The position numbers and the translations under genes are program-made. DNA of 64,000 nucleotides from Myxococcota bacterium (GTDB lineage Bacteria; Myxococcota_A; UBA796; CAJQPC01): NCBI GenBank assembly GCA_036229005.1, contig JAZAMN010000052.1:384001-448000 (forward strand). Direction: 5' to 3'. Shown here one piece after another: positions 46,001-55,366 of this stretch (its first letter is position 1; each line of letters begins with the position of its first letter). Below the pieces are notes generated by a model. That model was given only the letters and a program-made list of their open reading frames with translations. It was not told where the DNA came from and ran no database searches.

Positions 46001-48662
46001 AGGCCTTGCGGTCCAGATCGGACTCGCTCTGGGCCTCGGACACCTGGAGCTGGTAGAGCCCGGCGAGGTCCTCGACCTTGCCCTTGAGCTCCTTGAGGAA
46101 GTAGTGGGCGCCCAAGAAGCCCGGTGAGAGCTCCAGGCAGCGCTCGACGGCCGCGATCGCGGCGCCGTCGTCCAGGACCTTGTCGGCCAGGATGCGGCCC
46201 GCCCGGTAGAAGAAGCTCACCTGCTGGGAGCCCTCCTGGGAGGCCTCTCCCGCGGCCATGAGCACGCTCGCGAGGCCGCGCCAGTCTCCGTCCAGCTCCA
46301 GCAGGCGCACGATGGCGTCCAGGCTGGGGGAGAAGTCGGGCTTGTGCTCCAGCGCGCGGTGGAAGAAGCCCTTGGCGCGCTCGAGATCGCCCATGCGCAG
46401 CTCGCAGGTCGCGCCAGCCCGATGAAGCTGGAGCGCGATGGCTGCGGGGTCTTCGTTGAGGATTGCGCGCTGCTCGTAGACGGCGGCGAGCTTCTCCCAC
46501 TCCTGCAGGCGGGTGTAGACCCGCTCCAGCCCCTCCAGGGCGGGCAGGTAGGCCGGCGCGATGTCGAGCACAGCCTCGAAGTCCTTGCGGGCGGCCTCCT
46601 GGTCCGCCAGTGGGCCCTCCGCGATCTCGCCGCGGCGGTACGCGAGCGTGACCTTGAGGTTGGGGTCGTCCAGCAGATCGCTGCGCTGCCCCCAGAAGTC
46701 CCGGAGCTCCGCGAAGCGCTCCTGCTTGCGCAGGATGCGGGCGACGCCCTCGGCGGCGGGGACCGCAGACGGGTCCTTGGCCAGCTCCATGTAGATCTCG
46801 AGGGCAGCACCTGAGTCCTCCAGGTGCTTCTCCAGGATTCCGGCCAGGCGGAAGCGCGCGCCGGTCGCGGCGCCGTCCTCGGAGGTGCTGGCCTGGCGCA
46901 GGGAGGCCGCCAGGTCCTCGAAGCGGCCCTGCTCGACCAGGAGGGCCTCGTACTCGTGCCGGACCTGGGCGCCGCCGCCCAGGGAGAGAGCGAGCTTGTA
47001 GGCCTCTTCGGCCTTGTCGCCCTCGAAGAGGCGGCCCCGCAGGATGCGGCCGGCCCGGGTCGCGAAGAAGGCGCCGTCTGCGCCGCCCACCCGCTCGGCC
47101 TCACCCAGGTAGAGCTCGGCGAGCTCGGCCCAGCTCTGGGACTGCTCCAGCCCGCGCTCCAGCGCGACGAAGGACGGCCCGTGCGCCGGGTCGGCCTCGT
47201 GCGAGGCGCGGAAGGCATCCAGCGCCTTGTCGCTCTGGCCCAACTGCTCGGCGAACACGCGCCCTCGCTCGTACTGCAGGCGTGCGGCGAGCACACCGGA
47301 GCTCAAGCCGGCCATCTGGGCGAGGGTGTCGACGATGCCTTCCCAGTCGCCGCCCACGAGCTGCACATCGCGCAGGAGCTGGAGGGAGAAGAAGTCGCTG
47401 GGGTTGCGCGCGACCGAGGCCACCAGCAGCCGGGCGGCCTGGTCATCCTGCCCCAGCCGGCGACGGGCCAGCAGCGCCGCGTCCTGCAGGATCTCGGCCG
47501 CGGCGGCGTCATCCTGCTCGGCGTTCGCGAGGGCCTCCATGGCCTCCCGCAGCGCCTCGAAGCGCTGGTTGCGGTTCAGAGCCCGCTCCAGCTCCCGCAG
47601 AGCGCGCAGGTCCTGACCGTCCTGTGCAACGCCCGCCTGCGCGAGGCGCTCAGCCTCAGCCAGGTCTGCGATGCGCGTACGGGCGATTCGGGCGGCCTCG
47701 GCGTAGAGCCCGGCAGCGTCGGAGCCCTCCGATGCGGCGGCCTCGGCCTCCAAGGTCCGCACCATCGCGCGCCAGCGCTCGCCGTCGTCGGCGGAGGGCT
47801 CGTAGGACACATGCGGGGTGGCCGGCATGTGCTGGTCGACGCTGGACTCCTCCAGGGGCGGACCATCCATCGTGTCCAGCTTCTGCCCCAGAGGGACCGC
47901 CTCGGTGGGCTGATCCTCGTCCTCGGGTTCGCTCGCGATCGGGTCCTCGGGGAGGGCCTCCATGGTGGCCTCACCCGTCTCCTCGACCTGCGCTGCGATC
48001 GGCATGCTGATCCGGGGCGCCTGCGCGTCCGCAGCGGCCTGCGCGGCGGCGGCCTCCTGGCGGGCTGCCTCGGCGGCCAGACGGGTCTCCTCTTCCAGGC
48101 GCTCGTGCTCAGCGCGGGCAGCCTCCGCGGCGGCCCGCTCCTGGACCAGGCGGCGCTCCTCCGCCTCAGCAGCCTCCAGCTCCGCCGCCTCCCGCTCTGC
48201 GGCGAGGCGGGCGGCCTCGGCGGCCTCAGCCGCCAGACGCTCGGCCTCAGCAGCTTCAGCAGCCTCTGCAGCGGCCTTCTCCTCGGCCGCCACGCGCTCC
48301 GCCTCAGCAGCCTCAGCGGCGGCCTTCTCCTCGGCCGCCACGCGCTCCGCCTCGGCAGCCTCAGCGGCGGCCTTCTCCTCAGCCTCCTTCGCGGCAGCCT
48401 CGGCGGCGGCCTTCTCCTCGGCCTCCTTCGCGGCAGCCTCGGCAGCGGCCTTCTCCTCGGCCTCCTTCGCGGCAGCTTCGGCAGCGGCCTTCTCCTCGGC
48501 CTCCTTCGCGGCAGCCTCGGCGGCGGCCTTCTCAGCAGCCGCCTTGGCAGCGGCCTCCTCGGCCTGCTTGGCCTCCTCTTCCCAGGAGAGCTCGCCGGCC
48601 TCCCCCTGCGAGAAGAAGTCTGCCTCCCAGTCCTCGAACCCGTCGTTCTTCTTACCGCTCAC
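43092..48662 (-). CDS. Giant TPR-repeat protein (~1850 aa) with an Ala/Glu/Lys repeat stalk
   Basis: Many TPR-like units (ALELNPSHLPSL, VLELDPEHQEAL, VLDIAPAYLPALEGLERVY). Start chosen at GTG 48662; ATG 48716 is possible. Resembles large myxobacterial TPR proteins such as AgmK (inference). Confidence 0.85.
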   Translation of the reverse strand: MSGKKNDGFEDWEADFFSQGEAGELSWEEEAKQAEEAAAKAAAEKAAAEAAAKEAEEKAAAEAAAKEAEEKAAAEAAAKEAEEKAAAEAAAKEAEEKAAAEAAEAERVAAEEKAAAEAAEAERVAAEEKAAAEAAEAAEAERLAAEAAEAARLAAEREAAELEAAEAEERRLVQERAAAEAARAEHERLEEETRLAAEAARQEAAAAQAAADAQAPRISMPIAAQVEETGEATMEALPEDPIASEPEDEDQPTEAVPLGQKLDTMDGPPLEESSVDQHMPATPHVSYEPSADDGERWRAMVRTLEAEAAASEGSDAAGLYAEAARIARTRIADLAEAERLAQAGVAQDGQDLRALRELERALNRNQRFEALREAMEALANAEQDDAAAAEILQDAALLARRRLGQDDQAARLLVASVARNPSDFFSLQLLRDVQLVGGDWEGIVDTLAQMAGLSSGVLAARLQYERGRVFAEQLGQSDKALDAFRASHEADPAHGPSFVALERGLEQSQSWAELAELYLGEAERVGGADGAFFATRAGRILRGRLFEGDKAEEAYKLALSLGGGAQVRHEYEALLVEQGRFEDLAASLRQASTSEDGAATGARFRLAGILEKHLEDSGAALEIYMELAKDPSAVPAAEGVARILRKQERFAELRDFWGQRSDLLDDPNLKVTLAYRRGEIAEGPLADQEAARKDFEAVLDIAPAYLPALEGLERVYTRLQEWEKLAAVYEQRAILNEDPAAIALQLHRAGATCELRMGDLERAKGFFHRALEHKPDFSPSLDAIVRLLELDGDWRGLASVLMAAGEASQEGSQQVSFFYRAGRILADKVLDDGAAIAAVERCLELSPGFLGAHYFLKELKGKVEDLAGLYQLQVSEAQSESDLDRKAWQYLSASALAHDLPEADPTWAARQILEAEPSHPAALAVLEEAYLRQGDSRALVGLYRNAVASADDPQELTRLMVALADQLRESGDTMGTIQTVGELVHAEGEGRPLLALSRLCEGLNYWEEAHRAADAAQDTYESARLQEDYLEAPAEALAGYRKVLEEDPENLGAIFGCARLERKAGNREGLAQAHWQVATSAADAPVKVVHSVLAGHLFEGLGQREEALEAYRLAFATRPSAGKAFEGVRRLLLQEKDLDALVAHYEGLSPADTLGLAASLEEAGDSQRSAEVLEEAQDIAGLLRREAAQEAAQDWQGTFETLSARAALLQDPEQQQAALAKQRWILAEKLAETDAAWDFYRQLHEEHPEDTEVLEALARIAGARGEVDLSLQYLEQLSQNLSSAEDAGRVQRRIAEVQSQNGNLEEARAAYMAALDHNPQDTEALSGLRAVAEASEDWQAMVGVLARESALQTGAEQVTTTADIARLWQDKLGDDAVAGDAWRKVLELDPEHQEALERLLALSESAGAWSEYVMHAEQLAAQREGAESKVLLGKAGKVWLQQLRNEDRALTLLDTASAGDSPDLDAARMLEQLRSARGEWDGVVEALKRQAAASSNEQDAVKALVRAARVQRDTLQNRDGAAQTFAAVLEQEPAHDEALRYLADHAYRKQELPQAVEYFAELEKKSESWDLDDFDEKVEIAQFYFQYATSLISLDRADEGREKLERALELNPSHLPSLRAVGPLWMEAKEWDKAEGVYRQVLQLIGGSADKAELAEAYTCLGEVELALGKTEKAKKRFNKALELRDNDVRALRGAAQVLFEREEWSTLLNHYNNIIYHAKKPSYVIEAYLTKGFVLDTHMGLSDKAAQHYEKSLTFDPGQVQALTRLAELSLRRQDWGEASALADRGLGVEDKDGRMESLLHLAKAAASYGAGDPSTGEDNLAQAKADESVGAALADVAANAQALSEALKSQLTTL
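48271..48533 (-). repeat. Coding tandem repeats: 4 x 39 bp (EKAAAEAAAKEAE) and 2 x 48 bp (EKAAAEAAEAERVAAE)
   Basis: Visible in both DNA and translation; boundaries approximate. Confidence 0.85.
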
Positions 48663-48787
48663 GTGCGCTCCGAACAGAGGTGGGCCACGCCGAAGGCGCA
48701 GACCTGAATGTGCCATTGGGCGAAAGTCGTACCACCCACGCGGCCCCGATTCAACCGCCCCCCGCGCCCGCGGTCGGGGCGCGGCCT

Positions 48788-49897
48788 TCAAGCGCCGACG
48801 TGCCGCCGCGGGACCCGCTCCGAGAAGCTCGTCAGGATCTCGTAGACGATGGTCCCAGCGTGCGCCGCAAGCTCCTCTGCGGGCATCGCAGCGCCCATCA
48901 ACTCCACCCGGTCTCCAGGCCGCACGACCTGGGGCAGATCCGTGACATCCACCATGCACAGATCCATGCAGATCGTGCCCCGGATCGGGCAGCGTGCGCC
49001 GTGGAGGACCACCTCGGCCTTGTTGCTCAGCCCGCGCATGTAGCCGTCCGCGTAGCCCACCGGGAGCGTGGCCAGCCGGGTCGGCCGCTCGCTCACCCAG
49101 CGCCGGCCATAGGACACCCCGTAGTTGGCCGGGATGTCCTTCACGAACAGCACCCGGGTGCTGACCTCCATCACGGGCGAGAGCCCCTGGATCCCGGGCG
49201 CGGGCTGGTGGCCATAGAGCGCGATCCCCGGGCGGATCATCCCCAAGGCCAGCTCCGGGTGGAGCAGGGCTGCTGCCGAGTTCGCGGCGTGCACCACCTG
49301 GGGGTTCCAGGCGCGCTGCCGGGCCTGGTCCAGCGCGTCCTGAAAGCGCCGGGCCTGCTCCATGGTGAACGTGCTGTCGCTATCCGCGGACGAGAAGTGG
49401 GTCGTGATCCCCTGCACATCCAGCCACTCGAAGTCCGCGAGGCGGTCCAGGAACACCGGCCAGTGCCCCGAGACCACGCCGAGGCGCCCCATCCCGGTGT
49501 CGACCTTGAGGTGGACCGGGACAGGGTGACCTCGCTTGCGGGCTGCGGCGTTGAGGAGCGCGGCGGACTCCAGATCGAAGAGGTTGGGGGTCAGGTTCCA
49601 GCGCAGCGCGGCCTCTGCTCCATCCTCCCTCCCCCCGATCCCGGAGAAGCAGAGCACCGGGGCCTTCACCCCGCCCTCCCGCAGCGCGACGCCCTCTTCG
49701 ACCAGAGCGACCCCGAAGGCATCGGCCCCCTCGGCCTCCAACGCCTTGGCGCAGGCCAGCGCTCCGTGCCCGTACGCGTCCCCCTTCACCGGACACAGAA
49801 TCCGGGTGCTCCCAGGCATCTTGGCCCGCATCAGGCGGTAGTTGGCGACCAGGCGATCCAGGTGCACGTGGACCGTTGTGGGGCGGATCTGCGGCAT
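48788..49897 (-). CDS. alr: Alanine racemase
   Basis: [53 protein letters not shown]; start ATG 49897. Confidence 0.96.
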   Translation of the reverse strand: MPQIRPTTVHVHLDRLVANYRLMRAKMPGSTRILCPVKGDAYGHGALACAKALEAEGADAFGVALVEEGVALREGGVKAPVLCFSGIGGREDGAEAALRWNLTPNLFDLESAALLNAAARKRGHPVPVHLKVDTGMGRLGVVSGHWPVFLDRLADFEWLDVQGITTHFSSADSDSTFTMEQARRFQDALDQARQRAWNPQVVHAANSAAALLHPELALGMIRPGIALYGHQPAPGIQGLSPVMEVSTRVLFVKDIPANYGVSYGRRWVSERPTRLATLPVGYADGYMRGLSNKAEVVLHGARCPIRGTICMDLCMVDVTDLPQVVRPGDRVELMGAAMPAEELAAHAGTIVYEILTSFSERVPRRHVGA

Positions 49898-49965
49898 GCG
49901 CTGGCCATATCCCGCTGACCCGCAGCCGGGCCGGTTATGGCATCTGTCCACTGCTGGGAGACAAG

Positions 49966-50898
49966 ATGCGTGTACTGGTGACTGGCGGCGCGGGCTTTCT
50001 GGGGTCCCACCTCTGCGAGCGCTTGATCAAGGACGGCCACGAGGTCATCGCCCTGGACAGCCTCATCACGGGCAACCGGGACAACCTGGCGCACCTTGCC
50101 GACAACCCCCGCTTCTCGTTCGTCGAGGCCGACTCCTCCAAGGAGATCCCCGTTCCGGGCAAGCTGGACCGTATCTACCACCTGGCCTCCCCGGCCTCGC
50201 CCATCGACTACGTCCAGATCCCCTTCATCACGCTGTTCTGCGGCTCCGACGGCACCCGCAACTGCCTGGAGCGCGCGGAGGCCGACGGCGCCCGCTTCTT
50301 CCTGGCCTCCACGTCCGAGGTCTACGGCGACCCCGCGGTGCACCCCCAGGTCGAGAGCTACTGGGGCAACGTGAACCCCATCGGCCCCCGCTCGGTCTAC
50401 GACGAGGCCAAGCGCTACGCCGAGGCGCTCACCATGGCCTTCCACCGCTACAAGGGCGTGGAGACCCGCATTGTCCGGATCTTCAACACCTACGGCCCCC
50501 GCATGCGGGTGGACGACGGCCGCGTGATTCCCGCGTTCATGTCCCAGGCCATCCGCGGCGAGCCCCTGACCGTGTTCGGCGAGGGCACCCAGACCCGCAG
50601 CTTCTGCTACGTCGACGACCTGATCGAGGGCTTCGTGCGCCTGATGGAGTCCGACCTGGCCGAGCCCTGCAACATCGGCAACCCCAGCGAGCGGGACATG
50701 CTCCAGCTCGCCTCCTACCTCAACGAGCTCGCGGGCAACTCCGCCGGCATCATCCACAAGCCCCTGCCCAAGGATGACCCGACCCGCCGCAAGCCCGACA
50801 TCTCCCGGGCCCAGGCCGAGCTCGGCTGGGAGCCCCAGGTGTCTTTCGAGGAGGGGATGAAGCGCACCCTGGACTGGTTCCGCACCGTCGTCGACTGA
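49966..50898 (+). CDS. uxs: UDP-glucuronate decarboxylase (UDP-xylose synthase) family SDR
   Basis: [67 protein letters not shown]. Confidence 0.92.
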   Translation: MRVLVTGGAGFLGSHLCERLIKDGHEVIALDSLITGNRDNLAHLADNPRFSFVEADSSKEIPVPGKLDRIYHLASPASPIDYVQIPFITLFCGSDGTRNCLERAEADGARFFLASTSEVYGDPAVHPQVESYWGNVNPIGPRSVYDEAKRYAEALTMAFHRYKGVETRIVRIFNTYGPRMRVDDGRVIPAFMSQAIRGEPLTVFGEGTQTRSFCYVDDLIEGFVRLMESDLAEPCNIGNPSERDMLQLASYLNELAGNSAGIIHKPLPKDDPTRRKPDISRAQAELGWEPQVSFEEGMKRTLDWFRTVVD

Positions 50899-50957
50899 CG
50901 GCCCCCGCGCACCTCTGCGATCCGGGCACCAGCGAGGTCACCCGGGCGCTAACCGCC

Positions 50958-52427
50958 TCAGAACTTGAAGCCCAGGCCCGCGGTCAGCCGCGTGGTGGTC
51001 GTCACGTGGGTGCGGGCCTCGGGGGTGTTCTCCATCATCTCCGCGCTCTCCCGGTAGGGGTCGGCCCCCAGGATGAACGCGGTGTAGGGCAGCTCCACGA
51101 AGAGCGCGAGCTGCGGGGTCACGTCCAGCGCGAGTCCCAGTCCAGCGCCGATGCCCAGGGGCTGCATCGCGGGTCGCCCGGGCTGGTAGCTGACCTTGGC
51201 CGTGTCCTGGAGGATGTAGGCGTCGTAGAAGCGCATGTTGGCGTGGGCCAGCAGGTAGGGCTTCACCACACCGACGGGGCGGGGGAAGAAGCGCAGGCGC
51301 GGCTCGACCAGGGCCAACGCTGCGGCCGCGGGGGCCCGGACATCGGTCTCCTCGTCGGCGAAGCCGTCCTCGTCCACCAGCTCCCAGCCGGTGGTGAGCT
51401 GCTTCTCGGAGTACTGGATGGCCACCAGGGCGCCCAGGTCCCAGCGCGGCGAGAGGCTGGCGTAGAGGTGGGCGCTCCCCTGCCCTCGCCGGCCGCCCGT
51501 GAGCACGTCCTCCTCGTAGCGGTCCAGCTCGATGAAGTCGTCGTCGCTGTCCTGCTGCAGGACCAGGCGCAGGGTCACGCTGCGGTCCACGGAGCCGAAG
51601 GCCCCACCGCCGCCGAACTCCAGGCCGACGGTCTCGGTGCGCACCCGGTTGACCCGCAGCCAGGCGTCGGGGTCGTCCATTCCGCTGGCCAGGTAGCGCT
51701 CGTAGAGGGCCTTGGAGATCCCCATCTCCTTGCGCTCGGCCTCGTCCCAGGGATCGGCGTCGGTGCCCGAGGGCAGGCTGGTGTGGCCACCTGCAGGCGC
51801 CTCATCGCCGCCCTGTGGCGGGGTGTCCTCGGGAGGGTCCCCCGGTCCATCCTGGGGTGCGTCGGCCGGCTCCGTGGGTTCGGTGGGGGCGACAGGCCCG
51901 GTGGGCTCGAAGCCGACCTGGGCCTCCAGCAGCGCGGCGGCGAGATCCGCCATGTCGGCGGTGAAGCCGAACTCGGCCCCGCCAAAGACCGTCTCGTTCA
52001 CGATCTTGATCGGGGTGGCCTTGTCCGGCGTGTAGAAGGACACGGTCACGTCCAGGCCAGCGTCGGTGGTCTCCACCTGGCCCACGACGGCCAGAGGCAC
52101 CGGGTAGGCGCTCCAGAGGTTGCCGGGGCAGGCCTCGTTGTCCGCGCAGTCCACGGCGGCCTCGCCGGCAGAGACGGAGAGCTCCGCGCCGTCGATGGGG
52201 TCCATGCCGCGGGCCTCCAGGTCCTGGAGGAGCTGGTCGTAGAGCATGAACGCGATGCTGATGTCGGAGACGCTCACCGCGGTGAACTCCGGGACCAGCA
52301 GCGCGCCACCGGACCCCGCGGGCGCCTCCGATGGCGCCTCCGGGGCGGTCTGTGCAGCCGGCGCGGGATCCTGAGCGGGATCCTGCGCCTGGGCCGATGT
52401 GTGAAGCAGCACTGCCAACGCCAGCAT
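50958..52427 (-). CDS. Hypothetical outer-membrane protein (periplasmic alpha/beta domain, Pro-rich linker, C-terminal beta-barrel)
   Basis: SD GGAGG then MLALAVLLHTSAQA; alternating beta-strands; C-terminus RLTAGLGFKF resembles a BAM beta-signal. Confidence 0.7.
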   Translation of the reverse strand: MLALAVLLHTSAQAQDPAQDPAPAAQTAPEAPSEAPAGSGGALLVPEFTAVSVSDISIAFMLYDQLLQDLEARGMDPIDGAELSVSAGEAAVDCADNEACPGNLWSAYPVPLAVVGQVETTDAGLDVTVSFYTPDKATPIKIVNETVFGGAEFGFTADMADLAAALLEAQVGFEPTGPVAPTEPTEPADAPQDGPGDPPEDTPPQGGDEAPAGGHTSLPSGTDADPWDEAERKEMGISKALYERYLASGMDDPDAWLRVNRVRTETVGLEFGGGGAFGSVDRSVTLRLVLQQDSDDDFIELDRYEEDVLTGGRRGQGSAHLYASLSPRWDLGALVAIQYSEKQLTTGWELVDEDGFADEETDVRAPAAAALALVEPRLRFFPRPVGVVKPYLLAHANMRFYDAYILQDTAKVSYQPGRPAMQPLGIGAGLGLALDVTPQLALFVELPYTAFILGADPYRESAEMMENTPEARTHVTTTTRLTAGLGFKF

Positions 52428-52536
52428 GGGGCCTCCGAGCCCAGGCCGATAACCCCCCGTGGCTGCTCCACAAAGCCCCGATCCCTCCACGACTGCCCTT
52501 GACGCTCTCCGCACAGGGGTTAGCTGGGCGTCGCCT

Positions 52537-52612
<76 letters not shown>

Positions 52613-52613
52613 T

Positions 52614-52645
52614 CAAACGCCGTCAGGTCCCCCTGGCGGCGTTTG
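52614..52645 (+). terminator. Stem-loop right after the tRNA
   Basis: caaacgccgtcagg-tccc-cctggcggcgtttg, 14-bp stem with one G:U pair. Confidence 0.7.
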
Positions 52646-54105
52646 TGCTCTGCCTCCCCCTCCAGCCTCGCCCGCGCCTTGCGGGCGCCCCAATCAGCAG
52701 GCACCTTCTGCCCGTGCACACCGACCGCCTCTGGGACGGGAGCCGCTGGGCCCTGGTGGTCCTGGCCGCCCTCGCCCACCTCGCCTTCGCCGCCCTGGAC
52801 ACCCGACTCCCGGCGGACGGGGCGCTGGTGGTGCACGACCTGGGCCCCTGGCTGCTGGCTTTCGAGAACGGCACCCTGCCGCCCGAGCTGCTGCGCGAGT
52901 CAGGGGCTTGGTACAGCGCCGGGATGGCTGCGGCTCTTCACCTGAGCGACCGTGCCCCCGCGGCCTTGCGGCTCTACTGCGCGAGCTTCGGGCTGTTGCT
53001 GCTGATCCAGACCGGCCGCCTGGGGCGCCTGCTGCACGGGCCCGCTGGAGGTGCGCTCGCCACCGGCCTGCTCCTGAGCATGCCCCTGGTGACCGGACTG
53101 GCCCGCATCCCCTGGTTCCACATCCCCGAGGCCGCCTTGGTGGTGACCGCCGCGCTGGCCCTGCAGCGCGATCCCCAGCTCCAGCGCTGGACGAGCTGGG
53201 CCGTCCTGGTCCCCAGCGGGCTCCTGGTGGCCAGCCTGCGCACCACCGGGCCCTTCTGGTTGCTCAGCCTCGCCCCCCTGCTCTGGCCCGCGCTGAGCGC
53301 CCGGAACTGGCGGGTGCTCCTGCTCCCCTTGCTCTGGCTCCCCGGGGCCTGGATCCAGCTCCTCGTGGTCGCCGAATACCTCGGCGGCAAGCTGGCCCAG
53401 AGGGAGCGCTACGCCGAGGCGGTCCCGGGGATCTGGGCCCAGCTTGACCTCGCTGTCGGGCGGGTGCCTCTGCTGTTGGCGGCGGCCGGGATCGTGGTCG
53501 GTGGGCCCTGGCGTGCTCGGCGCCCAGAGCTCCTCCTCCTCGTGCTCTGGCTGGGGCTGCCCCTGCTGCTGGTGGGGGTGTTCAGAGCGGGCGTGGACAA
53601 CCACCCGCTGATCTGCGTGGGGCTCGCGCTGCTGGGGGCCTCGGCGACGGAGCGCTCTCACTGGGCGGCGGCGGTCCCGGTTGGATGGGCGGTGCTGTAC
53701 TGGGGCTTGATGTGGGGCCTCCCGGAGGGGCTGAGGGCGCGGGTCCCCTTGTGGCGAGCGGAGTCACCCCGCATGACGCTCCAGGTGCCCTGGACCGGCT
53801 TTGGTCAGGCGGAGATCGAGGAGATCCTGAGGCTGGCCTGCACAGGCCCGGAGCGCTGTGATCTCTGGGTCAGCGGAGGGCTCAGCCACGGAGCGGATCA
53901 CTCCACCGGGTCTCTGGAGGGGCTGCTGCTGGGTCGGCCTCTGCGGATCCAGGCCAACCTCCCCCCACCGCACCGTCCAGGAGCCTGGGTATGGCGTCAT
54001 GGCCCAAGCGAGGTCAACCCGCTGCCTCCCGTCCAGCGCAAGCTCATGCACCCTGTGGCGGAGTTCTCGGACGGAGACCAGGTGGTGGAGGTCTGGGCAC
54101 GCTGA
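52645..54105 (+). CDS. Polytopic membrane protein, degenerate GT-C/ArnT-like glycosyltransferase
   Basis: About 10 or more hydrophobic segments, GRLLHGPAGGALA..LLSMP pattern, C-terminal soluble tail; start uncertain (GTG 52714 possible). Confidence 0.55.
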   Translation: MLCLPLQPRPRLAGAPISRHLLPVHTDRLWDGSRWALVVLAALAHLAFAALDTRLPADGALVVHDLGPWLLAFENGTLPPELLRESGAWYSAGMAAALHLSDRAPAALRLYCASFGLLLLIQTGRLGRLLHGPAGGALATGLLLSMPLVTGLARIPWFHIPEAALVVTAALALQRDPQLQRWTSWAVLVPSGLLVASLRTTGPFWLLSLAPLLWPALSARNWRVLLLPLLWLPGAWIQLLVVAEYLGGKLAQRERYAEAVPGIWAQLDLAVGRVPLLLAAAGIVVGGPWRARRPELLLLVLWLGLPLLLVGVFRAGVDNHPLICVGLALLGASATERSHWAAAVPVGWAVLYWGLMWGLPEGLRARVPLWRAESPRMTLQVPWTGFGQAEIEEILRLACTGPERCDLWVSGGLSHGADHSTGSLEGLLLGRPLRIQANLPPPHRPGAWVWRHGPSEVNPLPPVQRKLMHPVAEFSDGDQVVEVWAR

Positions 54106-54120
54106 GCGCCCCAGCGAGCC

Positions 54121-55305
54121 TCAATCCAGCCCGGCCTGCTCGCAGAGCGCCATGTCCGCGACGCTGGGCTGCACGCCCAGGCGCTGGGCGAGGTGCCGGA
54201 TGAACACGCGCTCCTGCTCGTGGACGCGCTCGTCGGCCTGGGCGATGTGGCAGAGGTCCCGGATGAGCTGCACGCGCTTGGGGGGCGCGACCAGGGCCAC
54301 CACGCGCTCGATGCGCTCGGGCAGGACTTCCTTGAGGCGCTCGGGGTCCAGGGTGCGCGGGACCCGGTCGTGGCCCAGCAGCCCGGCCAGGGCCTGGACC
54401 TCGACGCGGGAGAGCTCCCCGTCCGAGCCGCCCAGGACCGCACCCGCCGCGAAGAGCAGCCGACGCATGGCCTCCGCGCCCTCGCTGTCCTCCTCCAGGT
54501 AGCTGGCCTCCATCAGGCCCATCAGCCCCTGGACCTGCGCCTCCATCTCGGGCATCGGGGTGCCCTGCGGGCGCATGACCTCGCTGTGGGAGAAGGCCTC
54601 CGCGGCGCGCATGCGGACCGGTGAGAAGGGGTGGGTCGACATCCAGTCCATCACCGAGGCCCCTCGGCCCAGCGACTCATCCTCGCGGTAGAGCTCCTCG
54701 GCCTGGCGCATGTACGCCGCGACCTGCTCGGGGCCCGGGGCCTGCCGCATGCCGGAGGAGAGCTTGAAGAAGCTGCGCAGCGCGCCGCTGAGGCTGCCGG
54801 TGCAGAGCAGCCCGGCGCGGTCGGCGGAGAGCTCGGCCTGACGCAGCCAGGCGTGGCCCTTGAGCAGGGTCCGGGCGGCCACTCCGCTGCCCTGCTGGAA
54901 GGCCTGGAGGGGGATCCTGTGGTGCTCGTAGATGTGGTGACCCAGCTCGTGCCCGATCACGAAGGTGAGCTCCGGGGTGTCGAAGGCCTCCAGCAGGCTG
55001 GCGGTGAGCAGCAGGAAGACGCGGCCATTCTCGGGGCTGGTGCAGCCGGCGTTGAACTGGGGGGCGGCGTAGACGTAGACCTCCAGCTCCGTGTCGACCT
55101 TGAGGGTCCGGACGCAGTGATCCAGGACCTCGTGCAGCTCGGGGGCGATCTGGGGGGTGAGGCGCAGGGCCTGGGCCAACAGGGAGCGCCGGGTGTTCCC
55201 GCCCGCATCGGCCACCAGGGCGCTCATCTGCTGGATCTGGGGGTCCTCGAGCAGGGCCTGGGCCATGGCGCGATCGACGGGGTTTCTGAGGCTCTGGGGA
55301 TCCAT
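54121..55305 (-). CDS. M48 zinc metallopeptidase fused to a C-terminal TerB-like domain
   Basis: PQFNA, FVIGHELGHH, AELSADRAG, STHP..RM; then SDGELSRVE...ADERVHEQERVFIRHLAQRLGV; start ATG 55305. Confidence 0.8.
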   Translation of the reverse strand: MDPQSLRNPVDRAMAQALLEDPQIQQMSALVADAGGNTRRSLLAQALRLTPQIAPELHEVLDHCVRTLKVDTELEVYVYAAPQFNAGCTSPENGRVFLLLTASLLEAFDTPELTFVIGHELGHHIYEHHRIPLQAFQQGSGVAARTLLKGHAWLRQAELSADRAGLLCTGSLSGALRSFFKLSSGMRQAPGPEQVAAYMRQAEELYREDESLGRGASVMDWMSTHPFSPVRMRAAEAFSHSEVMRPQGTPMPEMEAQVQGLMGLMEASYLEEDSEGAEAMRRLLFAAGAVLGGSDGELSRVEVQALAGLLGHDRVPRTLDPERLKEVLPERIERVVALVAPPKRVQLIRDLCHIAQADERVHEQERVFIRHLAQRLGVQPSVADMALCEQAGLD

Positions 55306-55366
55306 GTGTGCTCCATCTCTGGGCTCTGACGCCCCGGAATTGATAGCAGCGGGGGCCGGAGACACC

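Noticed and set aside
48271..48533. CRISPR-like array
   Set aside because: The repeats are contiguous, in-frame multiples of 3 with no unique spacers, and no cas genes are present.
26642..49897. Functional clustering of ald and alr
   Set aside because: They are more than 20 kb apart in unrelated transcription units.
52499..52526. Sigma70 promoter TTGACG-N16-TAGCTG for the tRNA
   Set aside because: Good -35 but poor -10 and short spacing; too weak to call.
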